This document shows positions 39,201-54,200 of a DNA stretch of 64,000 nucleotides, piece after piece. The position numbers were made by a program, and so were the translations under genes. The DNA is taken from contig OZ024742.1 of the NCBI GenBank assembly GCA_964016885.1, forward strand, positions 233,926,001 through 233,990,000. The letters run 5' to 3'. Numbering within the stretch: the stretch's first letter is position 1; every line of letters begins with the position of its first letter. The notes below the pieces were generated by a model, which was given only the letters and a program-made list of their open reading frames with translations, searched no databases and was not told where the DNA came from. Source of the DNA: Eledone cirrhosa. Lineage: Eukaryota.

Positions 39201-42200
39201 AACGCACAGTCCACGCTGTAATGTAGCCGTGTAGGTAACACGGTAAAAAGTTCCCTGTTCCACACTGTAAATGTGGTTGGTGTTAGGGAGGGCATCCAGC
39301 TGTAGAAAACCTGCCAGATAGTCCTATATGAGTGAGAAACGGTCACCCGACCTACCTTGCCTCAAGTGGGACAACTCCCGTCTAACCCATGCTAGCGTGG
39401 AAGATGGACGTTAAATGAAGATGATGATGAGTGACTGGCAATATGCCATACAGCAGAACACCCACCTTCCCACACAAGCAGGATGAAACAAATATAGAGA
39501 AGATGGCCTCCATTTGCCAACATAGGCCCAACCCTACCTCGAGCTCACTTTCCCCACTTAAGCCCAGAGAAACAGAGTAGAGGAACATTTAGGTCCCCAA
39601 CTGCTAATATACACTCAATTGCCTTGTCTGAAACCCCTTGTTAGCCCCTGCTCACACATACCCTTCTTCTTCATCCTTCTCCCATTCACTTCCCTCATCT
39701 AACCCTTGTCCCCCACAAATTTCCCCATATAGCCCCAGCCCCCAATAGTCCCCCAACTCATACTCATCACTCCCCTTTCCTTAAATAACTCATGCCAGCA
39801 TGGAAAGCTACAGACAGACTTACTCTGATTCACCTTCCTCACCCAACCCATGCTCACCTCCCCCCTCTTTACACTCACATCAATGATTCACATTTCCTAT
39901 ATAACAGGGAAGCCAGGCACATTCCACAATATGTCAAACATCACCCACTTGCTTCAAGCCCCCCCCCCCTCCAAATGACCCAGTGCTTCTTTCTCTCGAA
40001 GTGAATGTTACTCCCACTTCTGCTGGCAATCAACATAAAGCCTGCACCCCTCTTGTCATGCCCAGCCTAAGTCACAGAGCATGACAGCTCATCTGGCCCA
40101 GGCAGGATGGAAAAAGACATTTAAGAATGATGTTTACCTCTTTCTCCTTTCTGCATCCCCAGTGTACCTGTCCAGTCCAACCCATGCATGCATGGAAATC
40201 ATGACATGTTCCAGAACATACTACCAAGTGCAAATCACTCTCTTCAAGGCCACCGCCATAACATGTCGATTACTCTCCTACCGTGAGATGCCCCCACCTA
40301 CCTCCAACAAAGAACATGTATCCTGACATTTGCTCTTATCATTGTCTCCCATCTGGGCCAAGGAAACAACAAGCATCCAAATATCATAATGAGGTAGCAC
40401 TGGTGACATAATAAAATGCACCTAATCCTCCCTGTAAGTTGGTCATATTGATGCCATGACTAAAAGCAACCGGTCTACCCAATAAGATGGTAGTGCAGGT
40501 ACCACAATAAGGCAGCCATTCCACCTTGAAAGGAGGTAGTATTGGTGCATTACAAAAAGTACCCACTCTATTCTGTTATGTGGTCATACTAGCACCATGA
40601 CAAAAACCACCTAGTCCATCTTGTAAGATAGGAGTGCTGGTGACATGAAAAAAGTTTCCCAGTACACATTGTAAAGTATTTGGTATAAGGAAGAGCATCC
40701 AGCTATAGAAAACTAAGCCAAAAACGAAACAAGATGTAGTCACTTGACCACTCTTGCCTCATAACATGACAGTCTGTCTAACCCATGCAAGCATGGAAAA
40801 TAGACATTTAAGGGTATTGATAACTATGATGATGATAACACACACATACATGTCTGTTTAGTGAGAATTGTCACTACTGATGTGCTGACTTTATACTAGG
40901 TCATTGTAACATGACACTTCAAACCCCTCTGCTAAATGTTCATTCTTTTCACTCCCTGTTTACAATCCAGCACCACACCTCAAAAAACAAGACTTTGAAT
41001 GTCCATCTCACATACCAATACACACATATGCACAGACACGTATGAATGAACACACACACACACACACACACTCACACACATATATGCACATGAAAATATG
41101 TGTATATAACTGCACAAAAGTAGCCTTACCAATGCACTCAAACACTTACATACACCCAAATACACGAAAAAATAGAGCCGATGTTTATATATACTGATCA
41201 TCTCACAAATCACAACAAACACTAATCTTTGATGAATCACCAGTCTGAGGAGCAGATCGATAATGGAGTTAGGTCCATAACTTTTATGGGTGACCATGAG
41301 CCAATCCTCAGTGAAACACGCGTAACTGGTCAATACACAATAAAAAACTTAATACATGTAAATGAAACTTCATCATCTTTCTTTATATATATATATAATT
41401 ACTGTGTTAGGAAAAACACAGAACATGTGATCAGAAAATATTTATTTAATTATACACTCTTAATATATACACTCTGCCTGTACATTGTGTGTTCGTTTTG
41501 GTACTACCATCAGTAATTCACTGAATCATATACACTATATATATATATATATATATATATCATCACTATCACTGTTTTATCTCTATGTTCCATGCTGACA
41601 TACACACGCACACACATGCACACATACATACATATATACATGTATACATACATACCTCATTTTTCTTCATTTCATCAGTCTTATAAGTTTCAGGGTCTGA
41701 ACTGTCATACTTTTTTGGTTTAACTACTAGAGTTGGTGCTTTGCTCACTGGAAAGAAAATAGAAACCAATGTATAAATATTTATTATACTAATACAGTGA
41801 ATCTTCACAGAAATAATATCATGTTTTAGATGTAATGTTTTGTTTCATTTTTATTTTTTATTTTGAAAAGTAAAGTTATTAAGTAATCAGTATATTCAAA
41901 TAAATTCAGACCACTTTCTAAGTCTACCTTGGACTCTCTTTTTCTCTCTCCATAGTCAATGTACAGCACTGTCTCTTCTAGCATACATCCTCTACTCATA
42001 TTACATGCCCAAACCAAACCTACTGTTGTCTTTATTCATCTCACTCATTCTTCTCATATGTGAGCATTGAACACCCATCAAATAATACTTTTGTTCCTCC
42101 TCAGTTAATTTAGATTTTCTGTATACACTATATAGATATTGTTTTGATTATATAAAAAAACAATGCTAAATTTCATAAATTAAAGATCATAAATTAAAAT

Positions 42201-45200
42201 AATTATTTCTCACATAGGCCACAATTTAATCAACTCGAGTACCTGACTGGAATTTATTTTATTGACTCAGGAAATGAGAAAATCAAAGTTAACCCTAATT
42301 TAGAACTATATAGCGTAAAAGATTTTCAATGCTGTTCTACCAATCATGTAAACACATATTGAAAATATCAATAAATAATTTTTAATTCAAACAATCTTCC
42401 AATAACAATCAATGAACTTTTCCGTTCTAAGGGAGTATAAAAATATATATAAATATGCTTAGAAAATGTAAGAAATCTCGAATGCAGAAAAATAACTGTG
42501 AACACAACTTAAAAAATCAGGTAAAATAACCCTATAGATGGAAAATATGTTTACTTTTTCCCATTTATAGTAGTATTTTATCCAATTTTCTAAGCTGTGT
42601 TCACAGATATTTTCCTGCATTCGATATTTTCTAAGTATTTCAACTCACTTGATGTTCCAGTGTTTATTTACATATGAAAATATATTTGATGTTCTATAAA
42701 TTCTAAATGTTTAATTCTATTTTGGAATAGTATATCATAAAGCATTTGTGGATCAAATTTAATTCAATGAATCTAAATAAATTAAATAAACTTTAATACT
42801 TACAGGATTCCATGTTGTCTGGCTTCAGACTGATTTTAGAAGCTTCAGCATCTATTCCACTCAACCAATCAGAACCACTTAAAGCTGGTTCCCACATCAC
42901 TTTGGTATCAGGAAATAGGTCGTCTTGAAAGAAGTTACTCTGGTAGGAGTGAAAAAGTGACATTTCAATTTTTTTGTTATAATAAAGTGGTAGTGCTGGT
43001 GTCACAATAAAATGCACCCAGCCCACACTGTAAAGTGGTAGTACTGGTGCAACAATAAAAAAAAGTACATAGTCCACTCTGTCAGGTGATAGTGGTGATG
43101 GCGCCATGATGAAATGCATCTGGTACATGCTGTGAAGTGATTGACATTAGGAAGGACATCCAGCAGTAGAATGGAATGTATGTCTAACCTCAGAACATGA
43201 CAATCTGTCTGATCCATGCAAGCATAGATGTATGATAATGATGTTGATGAAATGTTTCTTAGAAAAAGAAAGATAACACTTCAATCATATGATAATTGTT
43301 TCTACTTTAGGCACAAGGCCGCAATTACCCAGTGCATTACTGGTACTTTATTTTATCGACCCCGTAAGGATGAAAGGCAAAGTCAACCTCGGCGGGATTT
43401 GAACTCAGATCGTAAAGGGACGTAACTATGCTGGAAAGCATATGATAATGCTGATTGAACAACAACTAAAGATCTTCTAATAACCAAAGATAAGAAAATC
43501 TGATTTGGCAACCCTAATTTATATTGCTGTTTATATAAGGAATAAAATCAATATATATCATAATATTAAGATATATGATCATCATCATCTAACAACCTTT
43601 TTTTTCTATGCTAGCTTAGGTTAGACATATTCTAATTAAATAAGGTGCTACAAGATTTGGTAAATATAACTGGTACAGTTATTTATGTATGAACACTTGG
43701 TAGGGTGCAAGAATACAAATGAGATACAGGCTCCCGGCTCACCAGAGGGTCCATGCCGCCAACTAGGTCTGCTCGTGACCTGTCCAACACTTGCTAGCAG
43801 GGAAAGCAGATGTTAAAAAATGATGATAATGATATATCACCTCAAAAAATATTTACTATGTTATCTAATACATTATTTTGAATTTTTTTTTCCCTGATTC
43901 TCTAGTTGCAATATAAATTATATGGCCTAACTCTGTTTCTTTCTTTATTAGGTCCAACAAAGTCAATGTGTATCTTTTGATATATTTCAATAGTTAAAAT
44001 ACATCTAAAATATTTAAGATTTGAACTTAATAAATATTTAAAATTTCTACTCTTAATGTTAACCATTAGGTAGGTATAAAAGCCAAACTCGCTATCTTCA
44101 ATTTGGTATTTGTGCCAACCCTTACCTATGATCATGAATCTTGGGTAATGACCGAAAGAATACGATCACAAATACAAGCAACTGAAATTGGGTTCTCCGA
44201 AGTAACGTAACTCAATAGAGGTCAGAGAGTTGGTCCTGGTAAAGCCTTCTCCAAATTGAGAGATCACAGCTCCAATATTACGAACATGTGGTTAGAATGT
44301 CTCAGGAAAGAACCACTGCACAGATTTTACAGTTAAAACCAGCCAGCAGGACACACTGAGTAAGAGGGTTGGATAACATCCATGAGCTCGGCTGGTCTCA
44401 TTAGGAGATGGAGGTAGTTCTGGATACACTATGTATTAAACAAAGACAAGATGATCAGGACTTGAATGCTTTTGTTCATAGGTCTGCTTAATAAAGGTTA
44501 CACTGGAGATAAACAATAACATACCTTGACTCGTGGAACTTTGAAGGAAACAGGTTCTATGTGTGTCAACAACAACCTCCATGCATGAGCAAATTCTACC
44601 TGACTAACATCACATGTAATTTTTGGCAAGAAAGATATGGCTTGGTGAAGATTATTGAATCGACATGGACTCAGTTGATTTAAATGAGGGGCTTCAAGTG
44701 TCACTTCATATGCAAATATAGTTCCATCTCCCTGCAAGCAGAAAAGCCAAACAGAATAAATTATAAAGTGTATATAAACACAGTCAAAAATATAGATACA
44801 GAGTAGGAAATAGTAGGCAAGGTCTTGGTAATTAAGATTTGATATAAAAATATAATGAAGGATTCAAAATATATATAAAAGAAATTAGAAGAAGAAATAA
44901 GCTGTAATTTACCCGTCCAGTAACAAATAATGTAGAGCTGTCTTCATCATAATGAGGAACCAATATTGCAGGAGAAGAATCTAATTCAACCACATCTAAT
45001 GGCGTTCCTAATTCTTGTGCATCATACAGAAATAATTTGCGATGACTCATTCTAAAGGAAAATATTATAAAAACAAAAAAGTGAAATTTAACAATAGAAA
45101 AAGTTTGTAAAGAATTACATACATAAAATTTTATTTATATTTTTATACTTTGAGAGGACCATGCTGCGATTAAAATCACATGCACTGGTTAAGTTTCACT

Positions 45201-48200
45201 TTGGTTTTGTTACTAGTTAGGGAACTGATGATGATGGATTGACAAAATTAGAAGAACAGTGGATAAAATGCTATTGCGGTATTTGTTCTGAACATCGGGA
45301 TGCAGTTTCACTACTGCAACCTTATTGATTCATTGAGTGAGTCATAATTGGAGATTGCTGAAATAACATCAGTGACTTTCATAAACCTTTTATAGTTACA
45401 TAAGCAAACAAATTAAATTACTTCTTCCCTAACACCAAACACATTACAGCATGTACTTGGAACATTTTATCATGTCTCCAGCACAACCACTTTATAGGGT
45501 GGACTGTATATAGAACACAACTCCCAAAATAGGTAAAATCTATATGGAGCCTCTCTTTACTTGAAGCTTATTTTGCTTAATGGTTAATCCAGAGTAGGTG
45601 GCTCTTGGGTAATGTTAGTAGAGTTCACTCAGTTGCAGGCATTCACACAAAATATTCAGTTCCCTCTCTACCCATATTTACATGCAGAATTGTACACTGG
45701 GTATTGGGCCACTCAATCAGGAGGTGAGTGTGCAAAAATCATGGACTCCATCTCTCTTCTTTTGACTAATCTATATTTAAAAAAACATCATCTCCAATAC
45801 ATAAACATACTCCCTCCACAACACTGATATCAAAAAGTCCTCTTGTGAACGTGACCTGGGCATTACTGTCAGCAACGATTTGCGTTGGACAAAGCATGTT
45901 TCTAAGATTGTCAAGAAGGCCGAGGGTGTCTTGGCATCACTCAGCAAGACCTTTGTTAGCCGCTCTCCAGCCATCTATTTAAAACTGTATACAGCTATGG
46001 TGTGACCACACTTGGAATTCGCATCATCAGTCTGGAACCCCTATCTTGCTCAGAACATTGACCTCCTGGAAACTGTTCAGAGACGTGCAACCAAGCGCAT
46101 ACCCTCCATCAGACACCTACCATACTCTGAACGCCTTGCTTCCCTGAGCATGGATTCATTGAAGCTCCAACGTCTGGCAATGGACTTGGTGAATACCCAC
46201 AAAGTTTTTAACCATCTCGCCAATTGCAACCCTGAGCGCCTCTTTGATCTTCATGTGTCCAACACACGTGGACATGCCTACAAGATCAGAAAACAGCACA
46301 GCTCCCATGACTTTCGTAGACATTTTTTCACGCTCAGAGTTGCTGAAGCATGGAACAAACTGCCTGCGTCAATTGTTAGCTGCCGAGACACTGCATCCTT
46401 TAAGACACTCATGCTTCCCGAAATACGCCAAAACTACACCTGATGTACCCCTTCCATACACATGCACACATGTGTGTATCATGACTCGTGCACTGTTCAT
46501 TTTACTGATGTTTGTGCATTGCCCTATGTACTGTACATGCACTTTTTTTTTTATGAGTTGTGGTGCACCTGGGCACTGTACACAATATTTCATTATTGTT
46601 ATTATTATTATATCATGACTCATACACTGTTCATTTTCCTGACATTTGTACATTATTCTATGTACTATACATGCAGCTTTGATGAGTTGTAGTGCACCTG
46701 AGCACTGTACACAATAATTTCATTATTATTATTATTATAAACAAAACATGAACAAACATCATCATATTATTGTGTACTTAGAACTTTTTATTAAATTTTA
46801 AAAAAATAAAGAGTCTGTAGCTCAGAGATCAGAAAGTCACCTCAGGTAGAGCCGCTACTTCTCCGGGTTAAGAGATCTCAGGTCCAATACTATTAAGGTG
46901 TGTGTTAGATCTTATTTGGAGTTACTGCCCTTCTTGATGAGTTGGGGACCACATCTCATTCATTCATTACATAACAGCTTTAAAATAAATTATAACTTAC
47001 TTGTCAAACCCAGAAGCAACAAGGAATTTACCATTTAGAGTCCATACAACTCTAGCTCCTCTACTTCCAGAAGGACCAGTACCTTCCTGCAAAATTGGAA
47101 AATGATATATAAGAGATCATAATAAATGTATGTATATATGTGTAAGTGTATGTATAAGTGTATGTATGTGTGTATGCAGAATGGTTGAATAGTTAAGAGG
47201 TATGCTCCACAATCATTAGATCCCATGTTCAATCCCACTGCATAGCATCTTATCCAAGTGTTATTTATTGTAAGTGAAACTGAGTGGACAGAAACTGGTT
47301 GAAAACCCAATGGATTGGCGGTACCTGTAATTCAAAGGGGCAGCCATGTCACACACTATCATGCTAACGTCACCATCATTTTGTGCTGGTATGGATTTGA
47401 CTGGTCATCACAGTCTGAGACTAGATGGGTTGGAGAACTACATCTTGCTCATCTGTTCCATATTTTAGCATGGCCTCTATAGCTGAATGTCTTTCTTAAC
47501 ACCAACCACTTTGCAGAATGTATTGAGTGCATTTTATTGTGTCACCAGCACTACCACTTTACATATAGTATACATAAATCTAATTAATTAAACAGGAAAA
47601 ATGAGATGCCAAATATAAACAATTTGATTAGCATGAAAAATTAGGTCTTTATATAGTGTCCTCAAACCAAAAGTCTCTCTAAATGATTTTATCACCAGTG
47701 TTTGACTATAACTACAGCAAAAATTGTCAGTAAGACCAGCTCCATAATTACCTTTATAGGTTCTGTTGAAATGCGGGGTTCATAAACACGAATCTTGCCA
47801 TCTTTACACACTGTGGCACATTTCTTGCCGCATGGACTCCAATCTAAAGTGAAAATCTGCAAAGAAAGCAAAAAGTTTAGAACAAAGAAAATAGCTGTTA
47901 CTATTTCTTGAAATGCTCCAGTGAAAAATAGCTCATTATCATCCCTATTTAATATCTATTTTCCATGCTTCCATTGGTTAGACTGGCTGTCACATACTGA
48001 GGCTAGACTGATCAGGTGACTATGTCCTGCTTCTATGCTCCATTTTGGGATTGTTTTCTATGGCTGGATGCTCTTCATAACACCAATCACTTTACAGTTT
48101 GGACTGGGTACATTTTATCATGACTCTGGCAATACCACCTTTCAAGGTGGACTGGAAGCATTTTATTGTGACTCTTGTACTACCACCTCATAGGGTGGGC

Positions 48201-51200
48201 TGGGAGCATTTTATCATGACTCCAGTACCTTACAAAATGGACAGAGGGCATATTATCATGACTCCAGTACTACCACCTTACATGGTGGTCTGGGTACTTT
48301 TTGTTGTAGCTCTAGCACTTCTGCCTTACAGTGCTGACTGGGTACTTTTCATCATAAATTGTATTTATAATGGCAATCAAATGCAAAATTAGAATGATGG
48401 ATACCCCAACCCTTTTATGTGAGCTGATGTCTCACTACAAACCTGTGTAATAAGATTATGATTACATAGAACAATGATCAATGTTATGATCAATGAGTGT
48501 AAATCATCATCATTGTTTAACGTTCATTTTTCCATGCTAGCATGGATTAGACAAGTTGTCTTGTTGTGAGACAAGCCAGATCAGGTGACCATGTCTTGCT
48601 CATACAGAACTGCTTCTAGCTTGATTTCTATAGCTGGATGCCTTTCCTAACAACAATTACATTTACAGAATGGATTTGTGCTTTTAACCATGGCACCAAA
48701 ATGATCAACTGACAGTTGGACTGGCTACTTTTTCATTGTGTCACCAGCACGACCACCTTACAGGGTAGAACATTGCTTTTGTTGTATCACTTATACAACC
48801 ACTTTACATAACCAATAAATGTATCATACATTTTGAAATATTATAAAAACTTTTTTCGATTAAGCAAAACAAATTTTGGCTATTTCTTAAAAAATATAAC
48901 ATCACAAACTATATCCTATATATTCTCACCTGGCCAGTATGTCCCTGAAGCTCTATAACTGCTTCCTGATTTGTCAAATCCCATATTTTCACAGTCATGT
49001 CATATGAAGCTGATGCAAGAATATCTTTAGCAAGTGGGTGGAAACGTACAAAGTATATTTTTTCCTGATGGCCTGGAAAAGACAAAATATTTTAGTTTAT
49101 TATTTAAATTGCTCTATTTCTAAATAACCAACTCTTTATTTTAATAAAAACAAAATGTTATAAGTAATCAGTTATAAATATTTGATACTATTATATTCCC
49201 TAAAATTATCTCAACATATAGTTTTATTTTATGAGAACTCTGGGTCTCACAGATGAAATGAGACTAGATGGAGTCAGCAGAAAATATTTAAAGGTTTTAA
49301 AGTTGAATGATTATTTAATGATAATATATTATTTTACTTTCTTTTACTGAGTTTTCAAGGGTTTTCAGTGATTATGTCGAACTCAATATGTTTCCTGATA
49401 TTTCTTATATTGACCATAGATGAGGAAAAAAAGGTAAAGTCGAACAGGTGTAAAGCTTCCCCATAGATTTCCATCTACCAAATTACACTCAGAAGGCTTT
49501 GATTGACCCGAGGTTATTGTTGAAGACACTTTTTCTGAGTGTCACACAGTTTCATTAAACCTAGAACCACCAAATGGTTTCAAACTAAGCTTTCTAACCC
49601 CACAACCATGTCTATACTCTAAAAACAAATAGAAAATTTGAGTTTTCTGTTAAGAGAAGAAGAAACAAAAATAAATTTTAAATGGAGCACGCTGTTAAGT
49701 TAGACATAGCTTTGGATGCTATTGCACCAAACTTATCCTACCAATTAAATAGAATTCTGGTTCATTCATGGTATCTTTCAAACCATCTTCTGGAATATTC
49801 CATACTCTAATTTTAGCATCATCACAGGCTGCAATGAGAAAGAAAATCATTTACATAATAAAACAATAGAGAAAATCAAAATGTTTATGAATGAAAAATA
49901 AGGTAACTAGTTAGATCTGGTGATTCAATGAGAATGCCTTTCACATTTCTAAATACCTCAACTGCTATAATTATTGATTAAAATACATAATACAAAGGTC
50001 AAGAATAGTTTAACATATAAGCAAACAAGGGAGCATCTACAGGATCATTCAACTTGTTAGAAATAGCAGTCAAATGTCCCTTTAATTGAATACTTCCGTC
50101 TTAAAAAAAAAAAGGAAAACACAAAAGATGATACAGCTCTAGAAACACATAAGGAAAGATGATTCACCTTCCAACATAAATCTGGGTTACCTAGGGCTAA
50201 ACAACAACAATAAAATAACTTTATACAGATGTTCTCCACTACAAAATATACCTATCATTAACATGTCTATAGTGACAGATAATATATATTAGAAATTTCT
50301 TTTAGCTAAACTTGTGATCTATTTCTGTAGTCGAAAAGTACAGACAATTGAATTGACCCCAGTATTTTATCGACTTATTTTACCAACTCTCCAGGGATGA
50401 AAAGCAAAGTGAAATAAACTGAATTTATTCTCTAAACACAAATATGGGAAACTAAATCCTAAAAGCATTCAGTTAGACATTCAACCATTTCTGTTAACCC
50501 TTTTGATACCAAAGCACCTAAAACCAACCATATAATATGGAAGATTTTTAACTAAAAACTGCCATAATAAATTTTATGAAAGAACCTTTGTTAAGTTATA
50601 TTACAAATGCCAGCTTAATAATGAGCAATTTAGTTATATCAGAAAATCCCTCCAAATTTGTTATTATTTTTAAAATTGTTTGAAAATCATAATGTCATTC
50701 ATTAGAAATGTGGTAACAAAATATTTAAACCCCCCACAGATGAAGCATTGTGAAGAAAACTTCTAAACTACACAACTGGATCATTAAAAAAAAACAAATT
50801 ATATTTTAATACATACCAACAACTAGTCTTTGGTCATTAAAAGGATCCCAAACAAAATCTGTAACATTAGTGCCATGCTGAAGAATTGGGATTCCGCAAT
50901 CTGGTAAACGGCAAGGTTTATTCAACTAGAATATAATTAAGAAATTAAATACAAAATCAGACTCCCACAATGAATAAATGATGTTAAAATATAGCAGCAA
51001 TACAAAATAGGTTTTATGTATCTGTGTGTGAATTGCATTATATTTTAATAGATACAGATAGAATACCTATCATCATTATCGTTTAACACCCACTTTCTCT
51101 GCTAGCAAGAGTTAGACAAGTCTACATAGACCAAGTCAGTACTGAAATGGGGCTACTGACCTCCCAGACAGGCTTGGAAGTCTGTATCTCTGTATCTCAC

Positions 51201-54200
51201 TTAAATATCATCTTATGTTCTATCGAGTGCACGGGGGAGATTGTCATGTCTTCAACACAACAGAAGGGTCCTCTCAACCTTTGGTTTAGCAGACTTTCTA
51301 CTGCTGGATGCCCTTCCTATCACCCATAAAGAGTATAATTAAGTTTTAATAAGAAATCAAACAATTTCCGAAATGCGAAATTACAAAATTATGCTCCCAC
51401 ATATAAAAACACTTGTTATGAATATCCCCCAACAAGAACATTTACCTTCAGCAGATACTAGAAATATGAAACCTGTAGGTATTTATCAGAAAGCCAAGTT
51501 TACCTGCCGATTTATACACACACAGATTACTTTTTCTTCACTCCTATATTACTGAAACTTTTGTACTTGTAAAGTTATCATATTTGTGCAACAATAAAAA
51601 GTACCCAGTCCACCCTGTAAGGTGGTCATACTAGTGAAATGATAAAAAGCACCCAGTACATGTTGTGATGTGGTTGACATTAGGAAGGGCATCCAGACAT
51701 AAAGAACCAAGCCAATATCAGATTATTTGAGCAAGACATGGCCACCTCACTTGTCTAGCCTAATAATGTGACAATCAATCTAACCCATGCAAACATGGAA
51801 AATAGATGTTAAACAGTGATGATGTTGCATGAACACATAGCTATAATGTTTGGGACTTCTAAACTATTTTGAAAATTAGTTTAAGTAATAGTCTCAGAAG
51901 ACATTGTACATTAGAAAAAAATAAGCATCTTTTAGAATAGTTAATCTTTATAAATGGAAAAATCTGTTTAACTACGGACACAATTATAAAAGAATTACCT
52001 CAAATATTGCAATACAACCTCCAGTTGTCGACAATGGGACAGCACACCTTTGTCGATTTACCTGAAACAAATCACTTTCACCAGGAATGTTCCTTGATAA
52101 ATTTTTTATATTTTCAATATGATGCTCCTTCTTCAGTGTGTTAGCTTTAAGATGTTTAAATTTTAGCTGTCTGATATCTGAAGGCAAAGTTAATAAAATT
52201 AAATTATTTCATAACCATTTAAACACTAAAAGAGATAAGACATCTTATAGCACATGATACAAATTAACAAACATGACATGAGAGAGGCTAATGTTACAAG
52301 AATTAAGTATCATTCATGGAGTTTCATCATTGTTTAACTATAATAAGTTGAAGAAAAAATAATTTAACACCAAGTCATACTCAATTATGCATGACTGTCA
52401 AGGAGGAGGGTGAAGGATACATGAAGAAAGGGCTTTATTTGGGGTTTTGTCTGTAAAAATCCTGCCTCATCCTCTCTGGATGCATATGGCTCATGTGAAC
52501 TTATGCCAAATCATATTATCTGCATTTATTTCTTGGTCAGTTACAGGAATTTTGTAATGTAGAAGTTTGTCAAGTAAGAAGTGATGTAAGAGTAGAATAG
52601 GTGGTAATCATTGGTGATCAATGAAGAATGTTCCTGTAGAGCAATAATAACATTTAAATTTCTATTTCCCACAGTTTTCCTTCTTGAATTGATGATTTGA
52701 TTACCTTGCTAATTGTTCAATTGCATCTTTCTATTAGAGCATTTGTTTGAACATGGAGAGTGTAACTCCTTGATGGTGTACTCCACATTATTTTTAACAC
52801 TCTTTAAAAACACAGTTTATATGCTGTAAATAGTTCTCAGAGACAATTCTTTCTGGAACTCCACAAGATGTGAAAAGGAATTCTATACAGCTGATCAAAT
52901 TATGATCTACAATAACTAATAGTGATTCTCTACTTGGTAGCAAACATTTGAAGCCTACATGTATTTTCTCCTACACATTTCACCTTGTAAACATCAATAA
53001 AGAATCCCATAACTCAGATGGTTCAAATGACACACATATCAAACAATACTTAATTTCTTATCATATTTTTGTTGATATTTTACCATGTCTTTGTTGATTA
53101 TTAAGACCCCATATTTTACTCCTTAGAAGTTACTTTAATTTTTTCCAGTCCAACATGACACTCATGGGCAATAGTTTTGTTCTTAATATAAAAGAAATAA
53201 TTATTCAATTCCTTCATAGAACAATACCTAATTTGTAGACAAATAAATTCTAACAACTGAATTTTTCACCATTTACCAGTTTGCAGTACTTTACTATTGT
53301 TTCAGCAGTTGAGTCTCCTTTTAAATGCTTTGACAAATTTGATATATGGCTTTAGTAGTTGCATTTACATCTATAAAATTAACATATTGCTGAGAAAAGT
53401 CTTCATCACTGAAACCATTGCAAACCCTTCTTATAGCCCCTTTTTAAATGATGTAAACTACTCTCATTAACCATTTACCTACATCTAAAATAGTAATTAC
53501 TGGAAATGATACAAAATAGGGATATAGAATGATACTGTACAAGGAATATTTTATTCAAAAGTAGGAACTTATGCTTAAAAAAACAAGAAACTTACTCATA
53601 AAACGAGATGGAGTGGAAGGGTTTTTTTTGGCTGGCACAGTCTTTTCTGGAGTCTCTTCTTTTACTTTATCTTTACACTAAAATTAAGAAAATATTGTTA
53701 AAGAACATAAAATTATCATGCACATCATCATCATCATCGTTTAACATCTATCTTCCACACTAGCATGGATTAGATGGGTCTGTCTCATTTGAGGTAAGTT
53801 GGGTTGCTCGTATAGGACTGTTTCTGGCTGGTTTTCTACAGCTGGATGCCCTTCCGAATGCCAACCACATTTACAGTGTGGACTGGGTGCTTTTTGCTGT
53901 GACACCTACACGGCCACTTTACAGTGTGGGCTGGATGTTTTGTGGTACCAACATAACTTTACAGAGTAAGGGTGGTGTGGACATAAGTGGGAGGGTGGTG
54001 TGGACATAAGTGGGAGGGTGGTGTGGACATAAGTGGGAGGGTGGTGTGGACATAAGTGGGAGGGTGGTGTGGACATAAGTGGGAGGGTGGTGTGGACATA
54101 AGTGGGAGGGTGGTGTAGGGGTGTGGGGTGTATTATGGATTAAGAGGTGCCTACTGAGTGTAAGTTTAAGTCCGTGCGCAAGGGAAGGCAGGTCTTCTGT

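Noticed and set aside
48099-48392. ORF with a 16-aa periodic repeat (similar ORFs at 42793-43217 and 54807-55037)
   Set aside because: The periodicity comes from the 48-bp SINE unit; stops and frames are not conserved between copies
53971-54116. CRISPR-like regular repeats (23-bp array, and the 48-bp SINE units)
   Set aside because: Head-to-tail units without unique spacers, no cas genes, and a eukaryotic intronic context
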